Part shown: piece by piece, positions 40,832 to 49,410 of the stretch
How positions within the stretch are numbered: position 1 is the stretch's first letter
How the letters are laid out: each line of letters starts with the position of its first letter
From: Candidatus Krumholzibacteriota bacterium
GTDB lineage: Bacteria; Krumholzibacteriota; Krumholzibacteriia; LZORAL124-64-63
DNA length: 64,000 bases
Assembly: GCA_022711765.1 (NCBI GenBank)
Contig: JAKLEB010000001.1
Coordinates: 724,694-788,693, forward strand
Direction: 5' to 3'
Notes under the pieces: model-generated
The model's input: the letters and a program-made list of their open reading frames with translations, nothing else
What the model was told of the DNA's origin: nothing
Database searches by the model: none
Program-made: the position numbers and the translations under genes

Positions 40832-42019
40832 CTACCGGCGGCGGATGGTGAGCGCGACGGCGTCGCCGCCGCCGAGGCAGAGCGTCGCCAGACCCTGCTC
40901 CCCGCCCGTGTCCTCGAGGGCGTGGAGCAAGGTCACCAGGATGCGCGCGCCGGAGCAGCCGATCGGATGGCCGAGGCTGACGCCGCCGCCGCGCAAGTTC
41001 GTTCGCTCGAGGTCCAGCTCGAGCTCGCGCGAGACGGCGATCGCCTGCGCCGCGAAGGCCTCGTTGACCTCGTAGAGGTCGTAGTCGCCGATCTTCGTGC
41101 GGGTCCGCTCGAGCAGACGGCTCACCGCGGTCACGGGCGCCATCATCACCTCGTTGGGCTGGACCGCGCCGGTGCCGTACGCCGTGATCTCGGCGCGGAC
41201 CGCGAGCCCGTGGGCCCTCGCGAACTCCTCGTCGCAGACGAGCAGGGCCGCCGCGCCGTCGTTGATCGTCGAGGCGTTGCCCGCGGTAACCGTGCCGCCG
41301 TCGCGCTTGAACGCCGGCCGCAGCGCCCCCAGACTCTCGACGGTGGTGTCGGCGCGCGGGCCCTCGTCGCGGTCGACCACCAGGGGATCCCCCCGGCGCT
41401 GCGGGATGCTCACGGGCGCGACCTCGCGCGCGAACGCGCCCTCGGCCCAGGCCGTCACGGCGCGCCGGTGGCTCTCGGCCGCGAAGGCATCCTGGTCGGC
41501 GCGGCTCACCCGGTAGGTGTCGACGACCCACTCGGCCGTCATGCCCATGTGGTAGTCGTTGTAGACGTCCCAGAGGCCGTCGTGGACCAGCAGGTCGACG
41601 ACCTTGCCGTCGCCCAGCCTCAGGCCCGCGCGCACCTGGGGCAAGGCGTACGGGATGTTGCTCATGCTCTCGAAGCCGCCCGCGAGCACGCAGCGCGCGT
41701 CGCCGGCGCGGATCGCCTGGGCCGCCAGGGCGACCGCCTTGAGGCCGGACCCGCAGACCTTGTTGACCGTCATCGCGCTCACGCCGGCCGGCACCCCGCC
41801 GAAGATGGCCGCCTGGCGCGCGGGATTCTGGTGCTGGCCCGCCTGGACGACGTTGCCGAGGATCACCTCGTCGAGCGCGGCCGGGTCGATTCCCGTGCGC
41901 GATAGCAGGGCCTTGACCGCCTCGGCGCCGAGCTGCGGCGCCCGCAGGGGGGCCAGGCCGCCCTGGAACCTTCCGATCGGAGTTCGCACTCCGCCACAGA
42001 TCACGACCCGCTTGCTCAC
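40832..42019 (-). CDS. acetyl-CoA C-acetyltransferase (thiolase II)
   Basis: 395 aa. Active-site Cys in VNKVCGSGLKA, C-terminal GHPIGCSGARI and the NEAFA...H motif. Confidence 0.85.
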   Translation of the reverse strand: MSKRVVICGGVRTPIGRFQGGLAPLRAPQLGAEAVKALLSRTGIDPAALDEVILGNVVQAGQHQNPARQAAIFGGVPAGVSAMTVNKVCGSGLKAVALAAQAIRAGDARCVLAGGFESMSNIPYALPQVRAGLRLGDGKVVDLLVHDGLWDVYNDYHMGMTAEWVVDTYRVSRADQDAFAAESHRRAVTAWAEGAFAREVAPVSIPQRRGDPLVVDRDEGPRADTTVESLGALRPAFKRDGGTVTAGNASTINDGAAALLVCDEEFARAHGLAVRAEITAYGTGAVQPNEVMMAPVTAVSRLLERTRTKIGDYDLYEVNEAFAAQAIAVSRELELDLERTNLRGGGVSLGHPIGCSGARILVTLLHALEDTGGEQGLATLCLGGGDAVALTIRRR

Positions 42020-42115
42020 GTGACACCTCGCCGTCGAGTGCCGGGACCGCGGAAACCAGGAGTCCGGCTCCGCCGCGGCGGCGGGGCCGGACTCGCGGTA
42101 GGATAACCACGATCG

Positions 42116-42769
42116 CTAGCGCCAGCGAGCCTTCACCGTGCTCCAGGTCGCGCCCTCGGCTGGCGTCTCGTCGCAGAGATTGGCGGCGGCGGGCGTGGGA
42201 TCGCAGCCGTTGCCCTGCGGCTCGTCGTCGCCGTCGTAGGGATTCAGCCCGTCGAAGAGGGACCACGTCCCACCGTCGGGTTCGCGGCCGCCGGAGCGGT
42301 CGTCGGCGCCCTCGTGCTCCAGGTAGGTCTTCTCGTCGACGACGTCGAGCAGGTCCGGATTCTCGGGGTCGGTCTTGAGCAGCTGGATGGTGTCCCCCGC
42401 GTTGTTGAGCGAGAAGCCAGAGGAGCCGCCGCCGTTCTCCTGCTGCCACGCCACCGCGTGATGCCCGTAGAACACCGCGACCTGGTCCGGCTCGAGCACG
42501 CCGAAGAGGTTCAGGTGCGGCGTCTCCCCCAGTCCGTCGCGCAGCCAGTACGCCGTCAGGCTCACGGCGTCGGGACCGGGATTGTAGACCTCCACCCATT
42601 CGTCGAGAGTCGAGTGGACCTCGCCGTCGCCGTTCCAATCGGTGGCGGGGTCGGCCAGGAACTCGTTGATCATGACCTCGGCCCGGGCCAGGTCAGGTTC
42701 CAGGCAGAAGCTGAGCGAGAGGGCCCACAGCAGGATGCCCAGGCCCGTGCGCCAGGATCCGTCGCGCAT
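42116..42769 (-). CDS. secreted lamin-tail-domain (LTD) protein
   Basis: Internal Met of ORF 42116..43489. Signal peptide, then EVMINEFLADP...EWVEVYNPGPDAVSL...WLRDG...FSLNNAGDTIQL, the characteristic LTD signature. Confidence 0.6.
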   Translation of the reverse strand: MRDGSWRTGLGILLWALSLSFCLEPDLARAEVMINEFLADPATDWNGDGEVHSTLDEWVEVYNPGPDAVSLTAYWLRDGLGETPHLNLFGVLEPDQVAVFYGHHAVAWQQENGGGSSGFSLNNAGDTIQLLKTDPENPDLLDVVDEKTYLEHEGADDRSGGREPDGGTWSLFDGLNPYDGDDEPQGNGCDPTPAAANLCDETPAEGATWSTVKARWR

Positions 42770-42955
42770 GCGGTTGCTCCTTGCGGGAGGTGGATCTACG
42801 CTGCGGGCGGACCCCGGCCGCCCGCTCGGCCGGGGACTCGCACGATCCGGACCGGTCCGGCGGCGCCAGGGGCGACGTCGCCGATCGTGGTCGAGCGCGC
42901 TTCGCCGGCCGCCGGCTGACCACCCGCGACCTCGCCCCGGAAGTGACCACTCGCG

Positions 42956-43927
42956 ATGACGCTCCGCGTGGGAATCGTCGGCGCCGGGATCCACGGCACC
43001 CGCTACCTCCGTCACCTCGAGCACGACGCGCCCGGACTCGCGCCGGCGGCGCTCTGCCGCCGCGACCCCCGCGCGGGCCAGGAACTCGGCGCGGGGCTCG
43101 GCATCCCGTGGTTCGCAAGCTACGAGGACCTGATCGACCACCCCGGGGTCGATTCCGTGATCGTCGCCACGCCGCCGGCGAGCCACTTCGCCATCGCCGC
43201 GCGCGCGCTCGCCGCCGGCAAGCCGGTCCTGGTCGAGAAGCCGATGACCGGGACGCTGGCCGAGGCGAGGCGGCTCGCGACGCTGGCGGCGGCGCCCGGC
43301 GCGCCTCTGCTCATGGTGGCCCAGACGTTGCGCTGGAATCCGGTCCTGCAGCGCGTCCGCTCGCTGTGGCCGCGGCTCGGGCGCGTCCACCTGGTGCGGT
43401 TCGCGCAGCGGCTCGCCCCCACGGCTCTGACCTGGCAGCGCGAGCCGGCCGAGACCGTCGGCGGCTCCGTCCTCTTGACCGGCGTGCACGGCTTCGATCT
43501 CGTGCGCTGGCTCACCGGCCGCGAGTTCCGTCGCATGGATTCTCGCCAGCGCCAGGTGCTCAATCCCGTGGTCGAGGACCTGTTCCTCGCGCGCGCCGAA
43601 CTGGACGACGGCTGCTGGGTGAGCTGCGAGGTCAGCAAGTTCACGCAGAGCCAGGCGTGCTGGCTCGAGGCCGTCGGCGAGGCGGGACAGATCTGGGCCG
43701 ACTACCTCGACGGCGGCCTCGTGCTGCGATGCGGCCGCGAGGAGTTCCGCGAGACGGTCGACGCGCGGTCGCCGACGCTGCCCTCAGTGCTCGACGCCTG
43801 GCGTGACGCGATCGAGCGCGAGCGGCCAGCCCCGGTAACGGCCGTCGACGGGCTGCGCACCCTCGAGGTCGCCGACGCGTGCTACCGCTCGCAGCGGCGC
43901 GGCGGCGCCGTGGGCCTCGAGCTCTAG
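42956..43927 (+). CDS. Gfo/Idh/MocA family NAD(P)-dependent oxidoreductase
   Basis: Rossmann VGIVGAGIHG N-terminus and the GKPVLVEKP motif. 323 aa. Confidence 0.75.
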   Translation: MTLRVGIVGAGIHGTRYLRHLEHDAPGLAPAALCRRDPRAGQELGAGLGIPWFASYEDLIDHPGVDSVIVATPPASHFAIAARALAAGKPVLVEKPMTGTLAEARRLATLAAAPGAPLLMVAQTLRWNPVLQRVRSLWPRLGRVHLVRFAQRLAPTALTWQREPAETVGGSVLLTGVHGFDLVRWLTGREFRRMDSRQRQVLNPVVEDLFLARAELDDGCWVSCEVSKFTQSQACWLEAVGEAGQIWADYLDGGLVLRCGREEFRETVDARSPTLPSVLDAWRDAIERERPAPVTAVDGLRTLEVADACYRSQRRGGAVGLEL

Positions 43928-45013
43928 GCTCGCGCGGGCCGCCGTGATGTCGCAGGAGTGCAGGAGCGAGCCGGCGCCGAAGTCGCGGATGGTCGCCTGG
44001 ACCCAGGCGCGACCGTCGCGATCGGTCACGGCCATGGGCTCGGGCAGGAGCTCCACCTCCGTTTCGGCCGGCAGCCGCTCGCTGGCGGCCATCGCCTCCA
44101 GGATCAGGCGATCGCGCCGCCCCCAGCTGCGCGCGCGTCCCAGGGTCTCGCAGCCCAGCAGGCCGACGACCTCGCCGCGCCGCCGCACCGGCACCACCAT
44201 CAGGCTCGCGATGCCCTGGTCGAGCCAGCGGGCCAGCTCGGGGACGTCGGCCGCCGACAGCGTACGCAGGTCGGGAACGAGGATCGCCCCCTCGTCGCGC
44301 AGCCGCGCGACGAGCCAGGGAAACTGCGCGAGGGCCGGCAGAGTCTGGTCGCCCGCGAGCGGAGAGACGCCCTCGGCGTACCACTGGCGCACGCTGACCA
44401 GGCTCGTCCGGTCGGCGCTGCTCTCGTAGTGGTAGCACCGATCGGCGCGGAGTTGCCGGCCGATCTCGGCCAGGCCGCCGCTGACCACGAGCTCGATCTC
44501 GTCCGGACTGACCGCCGCGGCATCCGGATCGGGCGCGAAGAACCCGCGCCAGCCGGCGACGCGGCCGCGCTCGAGGCTCGCAGCCAGCCGCAGCGACGCC
44601 GGGACGGTCGCGCCGTCGCGACAGCGGAGCCAGTACGAGTGGACCCGGACGCCCGAGCCCGCGCCGGCCCGATCGAGGTCCTGCAGCAGGCGAGTCCTGT
44701 CCTCGGGCGCGACGAGATCGCCGAGCGTCAGGCCGCAGTGCAGGTCGCGGTCCCGGTAGCCCGTGAGGACCTGGAACGCGCGGTTCGTGTACGTCACGAC
44801 CAGGCTGGCGTTGGCCTCGAAGAGGACCCCGTCCAGGAGATCGCCTACCGCATCGAGACGGGCGGTGCTACGCTGGTAGATGCGACCGGTCTCGGTCCAG
44901 GCGGCCCGGACCTGGCGGCGCAGGCGGAGGATCAGGAGACCCGAGACGGCGAGGGCCGAACCGGCCGCGGCGAGCGCTGCGACCGGCCAGGAAGCGATCA
45001 CGGCCGGCACCAT
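43784..45013 (-). CDS. membrane-anchored PAS-GAF sensor protein without output domain
   Basis: 409 aa. N-terminal TM helix, PAS-like block (VTYTNRAFQVLTGY), then a GAF-like block. The last 48 codons overlap the convergent oxidoreductase gene, so the true stop is uncertain. Confidence 0.5.
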   Translation of the reverse strand: MVPAVIASWPVAALAAAGSALAVSGLLILRLRRQVRAAWTETGRIYQRSTARLDAVGDLLDGVLFEANASLVVTYTNRAFQVLTGYRDRDLHCGLTLGDLVAPEDRTRLLQDLDRAGAGSGVRVHSYWLRCRDGATVPASLRLAASLERGRVAGWRGFFAPDPDAAAVSPDEIELVVSGGLAEIGRQLRADRCYHYESSADRTSLVSVRQWYAEGVSPLAGDQTLPALAQFPWLVARLRDEGAILVPDLRTLSAADVPELARWLDQGIASLMVVPVRRRGEVVGLLGCETLGRARSWGRRDRLILEAMAASERLPAETEVELLPEPMAVTDRDGRAWVQATIRDFGAGSLLHSCDITAARASLELEAHGAAAPLRAVARVGDLEGAQPVDGRYRGWPLALDRVTPGVEH

Positions 45014-45129
45014 GGCGCATCCACTTTCGTCTGGCGCCTTCCGTGCGCGCGACAGGCTCCCTCACGCGAGTTCTGCAGTATGATTAAGGATGTCACGTAG
45101 TGTCAAGAAGGAACCCCGAGGCCAGGCCG

Positions 45130-46773
45130 ATGACGGACGTTCTCAAGGCCCTGGGAGCCACGATCCTGCTGGTTGCCGGGTGCTCCGGCGGACCTCCGGT
45201 CCGTTCGGATCTCTGGCGGGATCAGCCCTACGATCCCGGATCCCTCGACCTGCCGAGCGCCGCCGCGAGCGAGTGCCCCGACCGGAGCCGGTCCCGGACG
45301 GCCACGGGGTTCCGGCTCGCCCTGCCCGGAGAGATCGATCCGGCCGCCGCGCCGCTGCCACGGACCGAGGCCGAGCGTCACGTCTTCCACAACCTCTACG
45401 AGACCCTGGTGAGGATCGATTGCGAGGGCCGGCTGCGGGTGGGGCTCGCGGCGACCTGGCAAGCCTACGACGGCGGCCGGGTCTGGACGTTCACCCTTCG
45501 CGACGACGCGCGCTTCTGGGACGGCACGCCGCTCGGCGCGATCGACGTGATCGCGTCCTGGCGGCGCGCCCAGGATCTCTGCGAACGTCGAGGCGAGCCG
45601 TCGCCGTTCCTGCTCTTCGATCCCCGCGGCCCGGGCCTCGCGCCGGCCGGCGCGCGCGAGCTCGTGATCAGGCTGGACGTGGCGAGCGACGAGCTGCCTC
45701 TCGCGCTCGTGCATCCTGCGCTCGCGGTCGTGGGCGGTCCTGGCGGGAGGGGCTGGCTCCTGGGCAGCGGCCCCTGCCGCCCGGACAGCACGACCGGCGG
45801 CGGCGCACTCGTCCTGGTGCCGACGCCCGGTCACCCGGACGCGCCCCCCTGGCGGCGGGTCGAGGTCCTGACCGACGGCGGGCGCGATCCGCGCGAGTAC
45901 CTCGACATCGGGGCGGACGCGCTCGTGACCCGCGAGCGGGAGGTCGTCGCCTACTACGCCGGACGCCGGGCCACCCGCGTCGAGCCGCTGCCGTGGGACC
46001 GCTGGTACTACCTCGTCGCCCCGGCGGGGCCTGACGCGGACCGACTGCGCTGGACTGCCGGGTGGGACCGCCTGGAGCTGGCGCGCGAGGTCGTGGCGCA
46101 GGATGCCGCGCCGGCCGACTTCTTTCCCTGGGAACCGGCCGAGGGATCCTGCCCCGCGATCCCGCCGCCGGTGGCGGCGCTCGGCGCCCCCGCGCTTCCG
46201 GACGCGGATGTCCGCGCCTCGCGCGACGCCGACCTGGTGCTCTGGCCCGGCGACGACGCCGACGCGGGGCGCCTCGCGGAGCGGCTCGCCGCGATCGCCG
46301 CTCGACCGATCGGCGCCGACCCGAACGTCGTCAGCCGCGGGCCGCTCGCCCGACCGTTCCCCCCGGGGCCGGGCGTCGCCGCGGAGGCGCTCGCCGTCCC
46401 CGAGCGGGACCTCACCGCCCACCTGCAGGCAGCCCGCGCCGGCGCGGTGATCCTGCCCTGGCCGCGCCGTCTCCCGACGCCGTGCGGCGAGCTCGCCCGG
46501 CTGCTCTCGCTCGCCGAGTGGTTGCGTGAGGCCGGCCTCGAGCCGGGTCCCGACACCGGCAAGATCCCCCCCGGAGCGACGGCGGCCCGCCCCCTCGACG
46601 CCGCGGAGCCCGTCCGGACCCTGGCCATCGCCCGCCGGCTCGAGCGAGACCGGACGGTCCAGCCGCTGATCCGCACCCGGGCGCACCTCATTCACGCGCC
46701 GGATCTCGCGGGATTCGGCGCCAGCTTCGACGGCGCGCTCGAGTTGTGGTCTGCCGGCTGGCAGTCGCGCTAG
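45130..46773 (+). CDS. ABC transporter substrate-binding lipoprotein, family 5 (peptide/nickel type), orphan
   Basis: Internal Met of ORF 45100..46773. Lipobox LLVAGCSG. Family-5 SBP blocks (FHNLYETLVRID, WTFTLRDDARFWDG). No cognate permease or ATPase genes nearby. Confidence 0.65.
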   Translation: MTDVLKALGATILLVAGCSGGPPVRSDLWRDQPYDPGSLDLPSAAASECPDRSRSRTATGFRLALPGEIDPAAAPLPRTEAERHVFHNLYETLVRIDCEGRLRVGLAATWQAYDGGRVWTFTLRDDARFWDGTPLGAIDVIASWRRAQDLCERRGEPSPFLLFDPRGPGLAPAGARELVIRLDVASDELPLALVHPALAVVGGPGGRGWLLGSGPCRPDSTTGGGALVLVPTPGHPDAPPWRRVEVLTDGGRDPREYLDIGADALVTREREVVAYYAGRRATRVEPLPWDRWYYLVAPAGPDADRLRWTAGWDRLELAREVVAQDAAPADFFPWEPAEGSCPAIPPPVAALGAPALPDADVRASRDADLVLWPGDDADAGRLAERLAAIAARPIGADPNVVSRGPLARPFPPGPGVAAEALAVPERDLTAHLQAARAGAVILPWPRRLPTPCGELARLLSLAEWLREAGLEPGPDTGKIPPGATAARPLDAAEPVRTLAIARRLERDRTVQPLIRTRAHLIHAPDLAGFGASFDGALELWSAGWQSR

Positions 46774-46803
46774 GAAGAATTATTTCTCAAGATTACGGAC
46801 AAT

Positions 46804-47388
46804 ATGTCGAAATGGAACGAGATCTTGATGCGTGGATCCGCCAGCGACAAGGGGACCTCGATGTCGACGCGTCACGACGGTACGGCCGTGCTGGAATCCA
46901 CCGAGGTGGGTCGCCGCCTGGCCGGCAAGTACATGGGTTTCAAGCTGGGCGCCGAGAACTTCGCCCTGGAGATCCTCAAGGTCCAGGAGATCATCGGCTT
47001 GATGAACATCACCGCCGTGCCGCGCACGCCGGAATTCGTCCGCGGCGTGATCAACCTGCGCGGCAAGGTCATTCCCGTGATCGACCTGCGCCTGAAGTTC
47101 GGCATGCCCGCCAAGGAGTACACCGAACTGACCTGCATCATGGTCGTCCAGGTGGCGCTGAACGACGACCAGGTGACCATGGGCGTCATCGTGGACCAGG
47201 TCTCCGAGGTCATGGACATCAAGGCCGACCAGGTCGAGGAGCCCCCGCACTTCGGGGCGGGAGACGCCGGGCAGTTCCTGCTCGGCATGGGCAAGTTCCA
47301 GAACACCGTGGTCATGCTCCTGGACGCGGACAGCATCCTCACCGCGGGTGAGATGACGATGGTCGACGCCATGAGCGACGAAGCTTGA
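46804..47388 (+). CDS. cheW: CheW-like chemotaxis coupling protein (orphan)
   Basis: CheW domain (YMGFKLGAENFALEILKVQEIIGL...VRGVINLRGKVIPVIDLR). The start may instead be the ATG at 46861, which has AAGGGGA 5 nt upstream. Confidence 0.75.
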   Translation: MSKWNEILMRGSASDKGTSMSTRHDGTAVLESTEVGRRLAGKYMGFKLGAENFALEILKVQEIIGLMNITAVPRTPEFVRGVINLRGKVIPVIDLRLKFGMPAKEYTELTCIMVVQVALNDDQVTMGVIVDQVSEVMDIKADQVEEPPHFGAGDAGQFLLGMGKFQNTVVMLLDADSILTAGEMTMVDAMSDEA

Positions 47389-47418
47389 CCCCCCTGCTCC
47401 ATCACTGTGGCGTCGCCG

Positions 47419-47443
47419 GGCCCCGCGGTCGTACCGCGGGGCC
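47419..47443 (+). terminator. hairpin terminator after cheW
   Basis: ggccccgcgg-tcgta-ccgcggggcc, a 10 bp perfect inverted repeat followed by tttcgtcgt. It lies 30 nt after the cheW stop and 20 nt before the next start. Confidence 0.55.
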
Positions 47444-47463
47444 TTTCGTCGTATCATGGTGGC

Positions 47464-49410
47464 ATGCGCACGCTCCTCGCCGCCACGCTCCTGGCCGCCG
47501 CCGCGGCCCGCGTCGTCTGGCCCGCGCCGGCCGACAAGTTCAGCGCCGCCGAGCCCTGGCCCGGCCGGATCCCCGCCGCTGACGACCGCGGCTTCGACGT
47601 GCTGCAGTACGACCTCGAGGTGGACCTGGACATCGACGCCGGCGCGCCCGTGGAACGGCGGCTCTGGCTCGACGGCGTGATGCGCGTCATCCTGCGTCTG
47701 GCCGCCCCGCTGCCGCCCGAGGTGCGCCTCGACCTCGTGGACTCGCTCGGGGCGATCGAGGTCCGCTGGCAGGACGTCCCGACGCCGTTCGTCCAGGCCG
47801 GAGACAGCCTGCGCGTCGCGACCGGCCCCGGCGCCGCGGCCGGCGACACCGTCACCGTGACCGTGACCTACGGAGGGTACGTCCAGCGCCATGGGCCGAT
47901 GTCCGCCGGTCTCCTCACGCGAGCGCATGCCGGCGGGCGGCCAAGCGTGGGCAACGTGAACCAGCCGTATTCCAGCCACAGCTGGTTCCCGTGCAAGGAC
48001 CACCCGTCGGACAAGGCCGCGCTGCGCTTCGCGGTGACGGTCCCCGACACCCTCGCCGCGGTCGCGAGCGGCCGGCTCCTGGGGACCGAGGAACCGGCCC
48101 CGGGCCGCCGCACCTGGCGCTGGGCGACCGACCACCCGATCGCGCCGTACCTCGTCGGCCTCGCGGTGAGCGACTTCGCGGTCTGGGACGAAGACTGCGA
48201 CGGGGTGCCCCTGCAGTACCTCGTGTTTCCCGAACACCGCGCCGCCGCCGAGGCCGTGTTCGCCGAGACCTGCGCGATGATGCGCTGGCTCGGCGATCTC
48301 TGCGGTCCCTACCCGTTCGCCGACGAGAAATACGCGCAGGCCGAGTTCGTCTGGGGCGGCGCGATGGAGAACCAGACCGCGACCGTGATCGGTCAGACCG
48401 TGTTCGCGCAGCCGGTGCGCGACGCGCAGCTCACCGTGGTCCACGAGCTGTCGCACCACTGGTTCGGCGACAGCCTGACTCCGCGCCACTGGCGCGACAT
48501 CTGGCTCAACGAGGGTTTCGCGCGCTACGTCGAGCTGCTCTGGCTCGAGCACACCGAGGGCCCGCAGGCGTATCGCGAGCGCCTCCAGGGACTGAAGCCC
48601 GCCGACCTCTTCCAGGGCGACGGCCTGCTCGGCGATCCGGATCCCGTCCTGCAGCGGCTCGTCTACGACAAGGGAGCCTGGGTGCTGCACATGCTGCGGC
48701 TGTACCTCGGCGACCCGACGTTCTTCGCGTTCCTCCGCGAGTACGCCACCGATCCCGACCTGGCGTACGCGCACACCGATCGAGCCGCGCTCACCGCCGC
48801 GCTCGGCCGCGCCGCGGGCCGCGACCTGGCGCCGTTCCTCGCACCCTGGCTCGACACGGAGGCGCTGCCCGCGATCGGCGCGCGCTGGCGCGCCGGCGGC
48901 GGCTCGCGCACCCTGGTGGAGGTCGTCCAGAGCCAGGGCGAGCCGTTCTTCCCGCTCGTGGTGCCCGTGCGCGTGCACGCCGGCCTCGAGACCCGGGACC
49001 TGCTGCTGCGCATGGACGACCTGCTCGCCAGCGCGGAGGTCACGACCACGATGCCGGTCGACAGTGTCGTCGTCGATCCGGACGACCTCCTGCTGCGCGT
49101 GACCGCGGCCACGCCGCAGCCGCGGTTGCTCGCGGCCCAGGTCCGGCCCAATCCGGCCTCCGGCGCGACCGTCCTGGCGTACTGGCTCGCGGGCGCCGAC
49201 CGGGTCGCGGCCGCCGTGTACGATGTGCGCGGACGGCTCGTCAGGCGCATGGACCTCGGCGCGCAGCCGGCGACCGGCGACGGCGAGCCGCGCCTCTGGG
49301 TCTGGGATGGCCGCGACGAGGCCGGCCGGCGCGCCGCGGCCGGCGTCTACTGGCTGGAGCTCCGCACCCGCGACGACCGCGCGGCGCGCAAGGTCACGCT
49401 GCTGCGCTAG
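47464..49410 (+). CDS. M1-family aminopeptidase with signal peptide and C-terminal FlgD-Ig/T9SS-like sorting domain
   Basis: Internal Met of ORF 47407..49410. GAMEN motif (GGAMENQ), HELSHHWFGD...E zinc site. C-terminal ~80 aa (VRPNPASGATVLAYW...VYDVRGRLV...AGVYWLELRT...KVTLLR) shared with two other proteins in the window. Confidence 0.8.
   Translation: MRTLLAATLLAAAAARVVWPAPADKFSAAEPWPGRIPAADDRGFDVLQYDLEVDLDIDAGAPVERRLWLDGVMRVILRLAAPLPPEVRLDLVDSLGAIEVRWQDVPTPFVQAGDSLRVATGPGAAAGDTVTVTVTYGGYVQRHGPMSAGLLTRAHAGGRPSVGNVNQPYSSHSWFPCKDHPSDKAALRFAVTVPDTLAAVASGRLLGTEEPAPGRRTWRWATDHPIAPYLVGLAVSDFAVWDEDCDGVPLQYLVFPEHRAAAEAVFAETCAMMRWLGDLCGPYPFADEKYAQAEFVWGGAMENQTATVIGQTVFAQPVRDAQLTVVHELSHHWFGDSLTPRHWRDIWLNEGFARYVELLWLEHTEGPQAYRERLQGLKPADLFQGDGLLGDPDPVLQRLVYDKGAWVLHMLRLYLGDPTFFAFLREYATDPDLAYAHTDRAALTAALGRAAGRDLAPFLAPWLDTEALPAIGARWRAGGGSRTLVEVVQSQGEPFFPLVVPVRVHAGLETRDLLLRMDDLLASAEVTTTMPVDSVVVDPDDLLLRVTAATPQPRLLAAQVRPNPASGATVLAYWLAGADRVAAAVYDVRGRLVRRMDLGAQPATGDGEPRLWVWDGRDEAGRRAAAGVYWLELRTRDDRAARKVTLLR

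Noticed and set aside
38811-42638. single 1275-aa ORF covering the whole beta-oxidation locus
   Set aside because: Only its last 382 codons (from MDFELSENQ) encode the acyl-CoA dehydrogenase. The 3-hydroxyacyl-CoA dehydrogenase and thiolase are encoded in other frames of the same strand with their own starts. The remainder is read-through with no protein-like sequence.
45013-45130. tgtcac-N5-gtgtca words in the AT-richer leader of the SBP gene as an operator
   Set aside because: It is a direct rather than inverted repeat of only 5-6 nt, which is insufficient evidence on its own.
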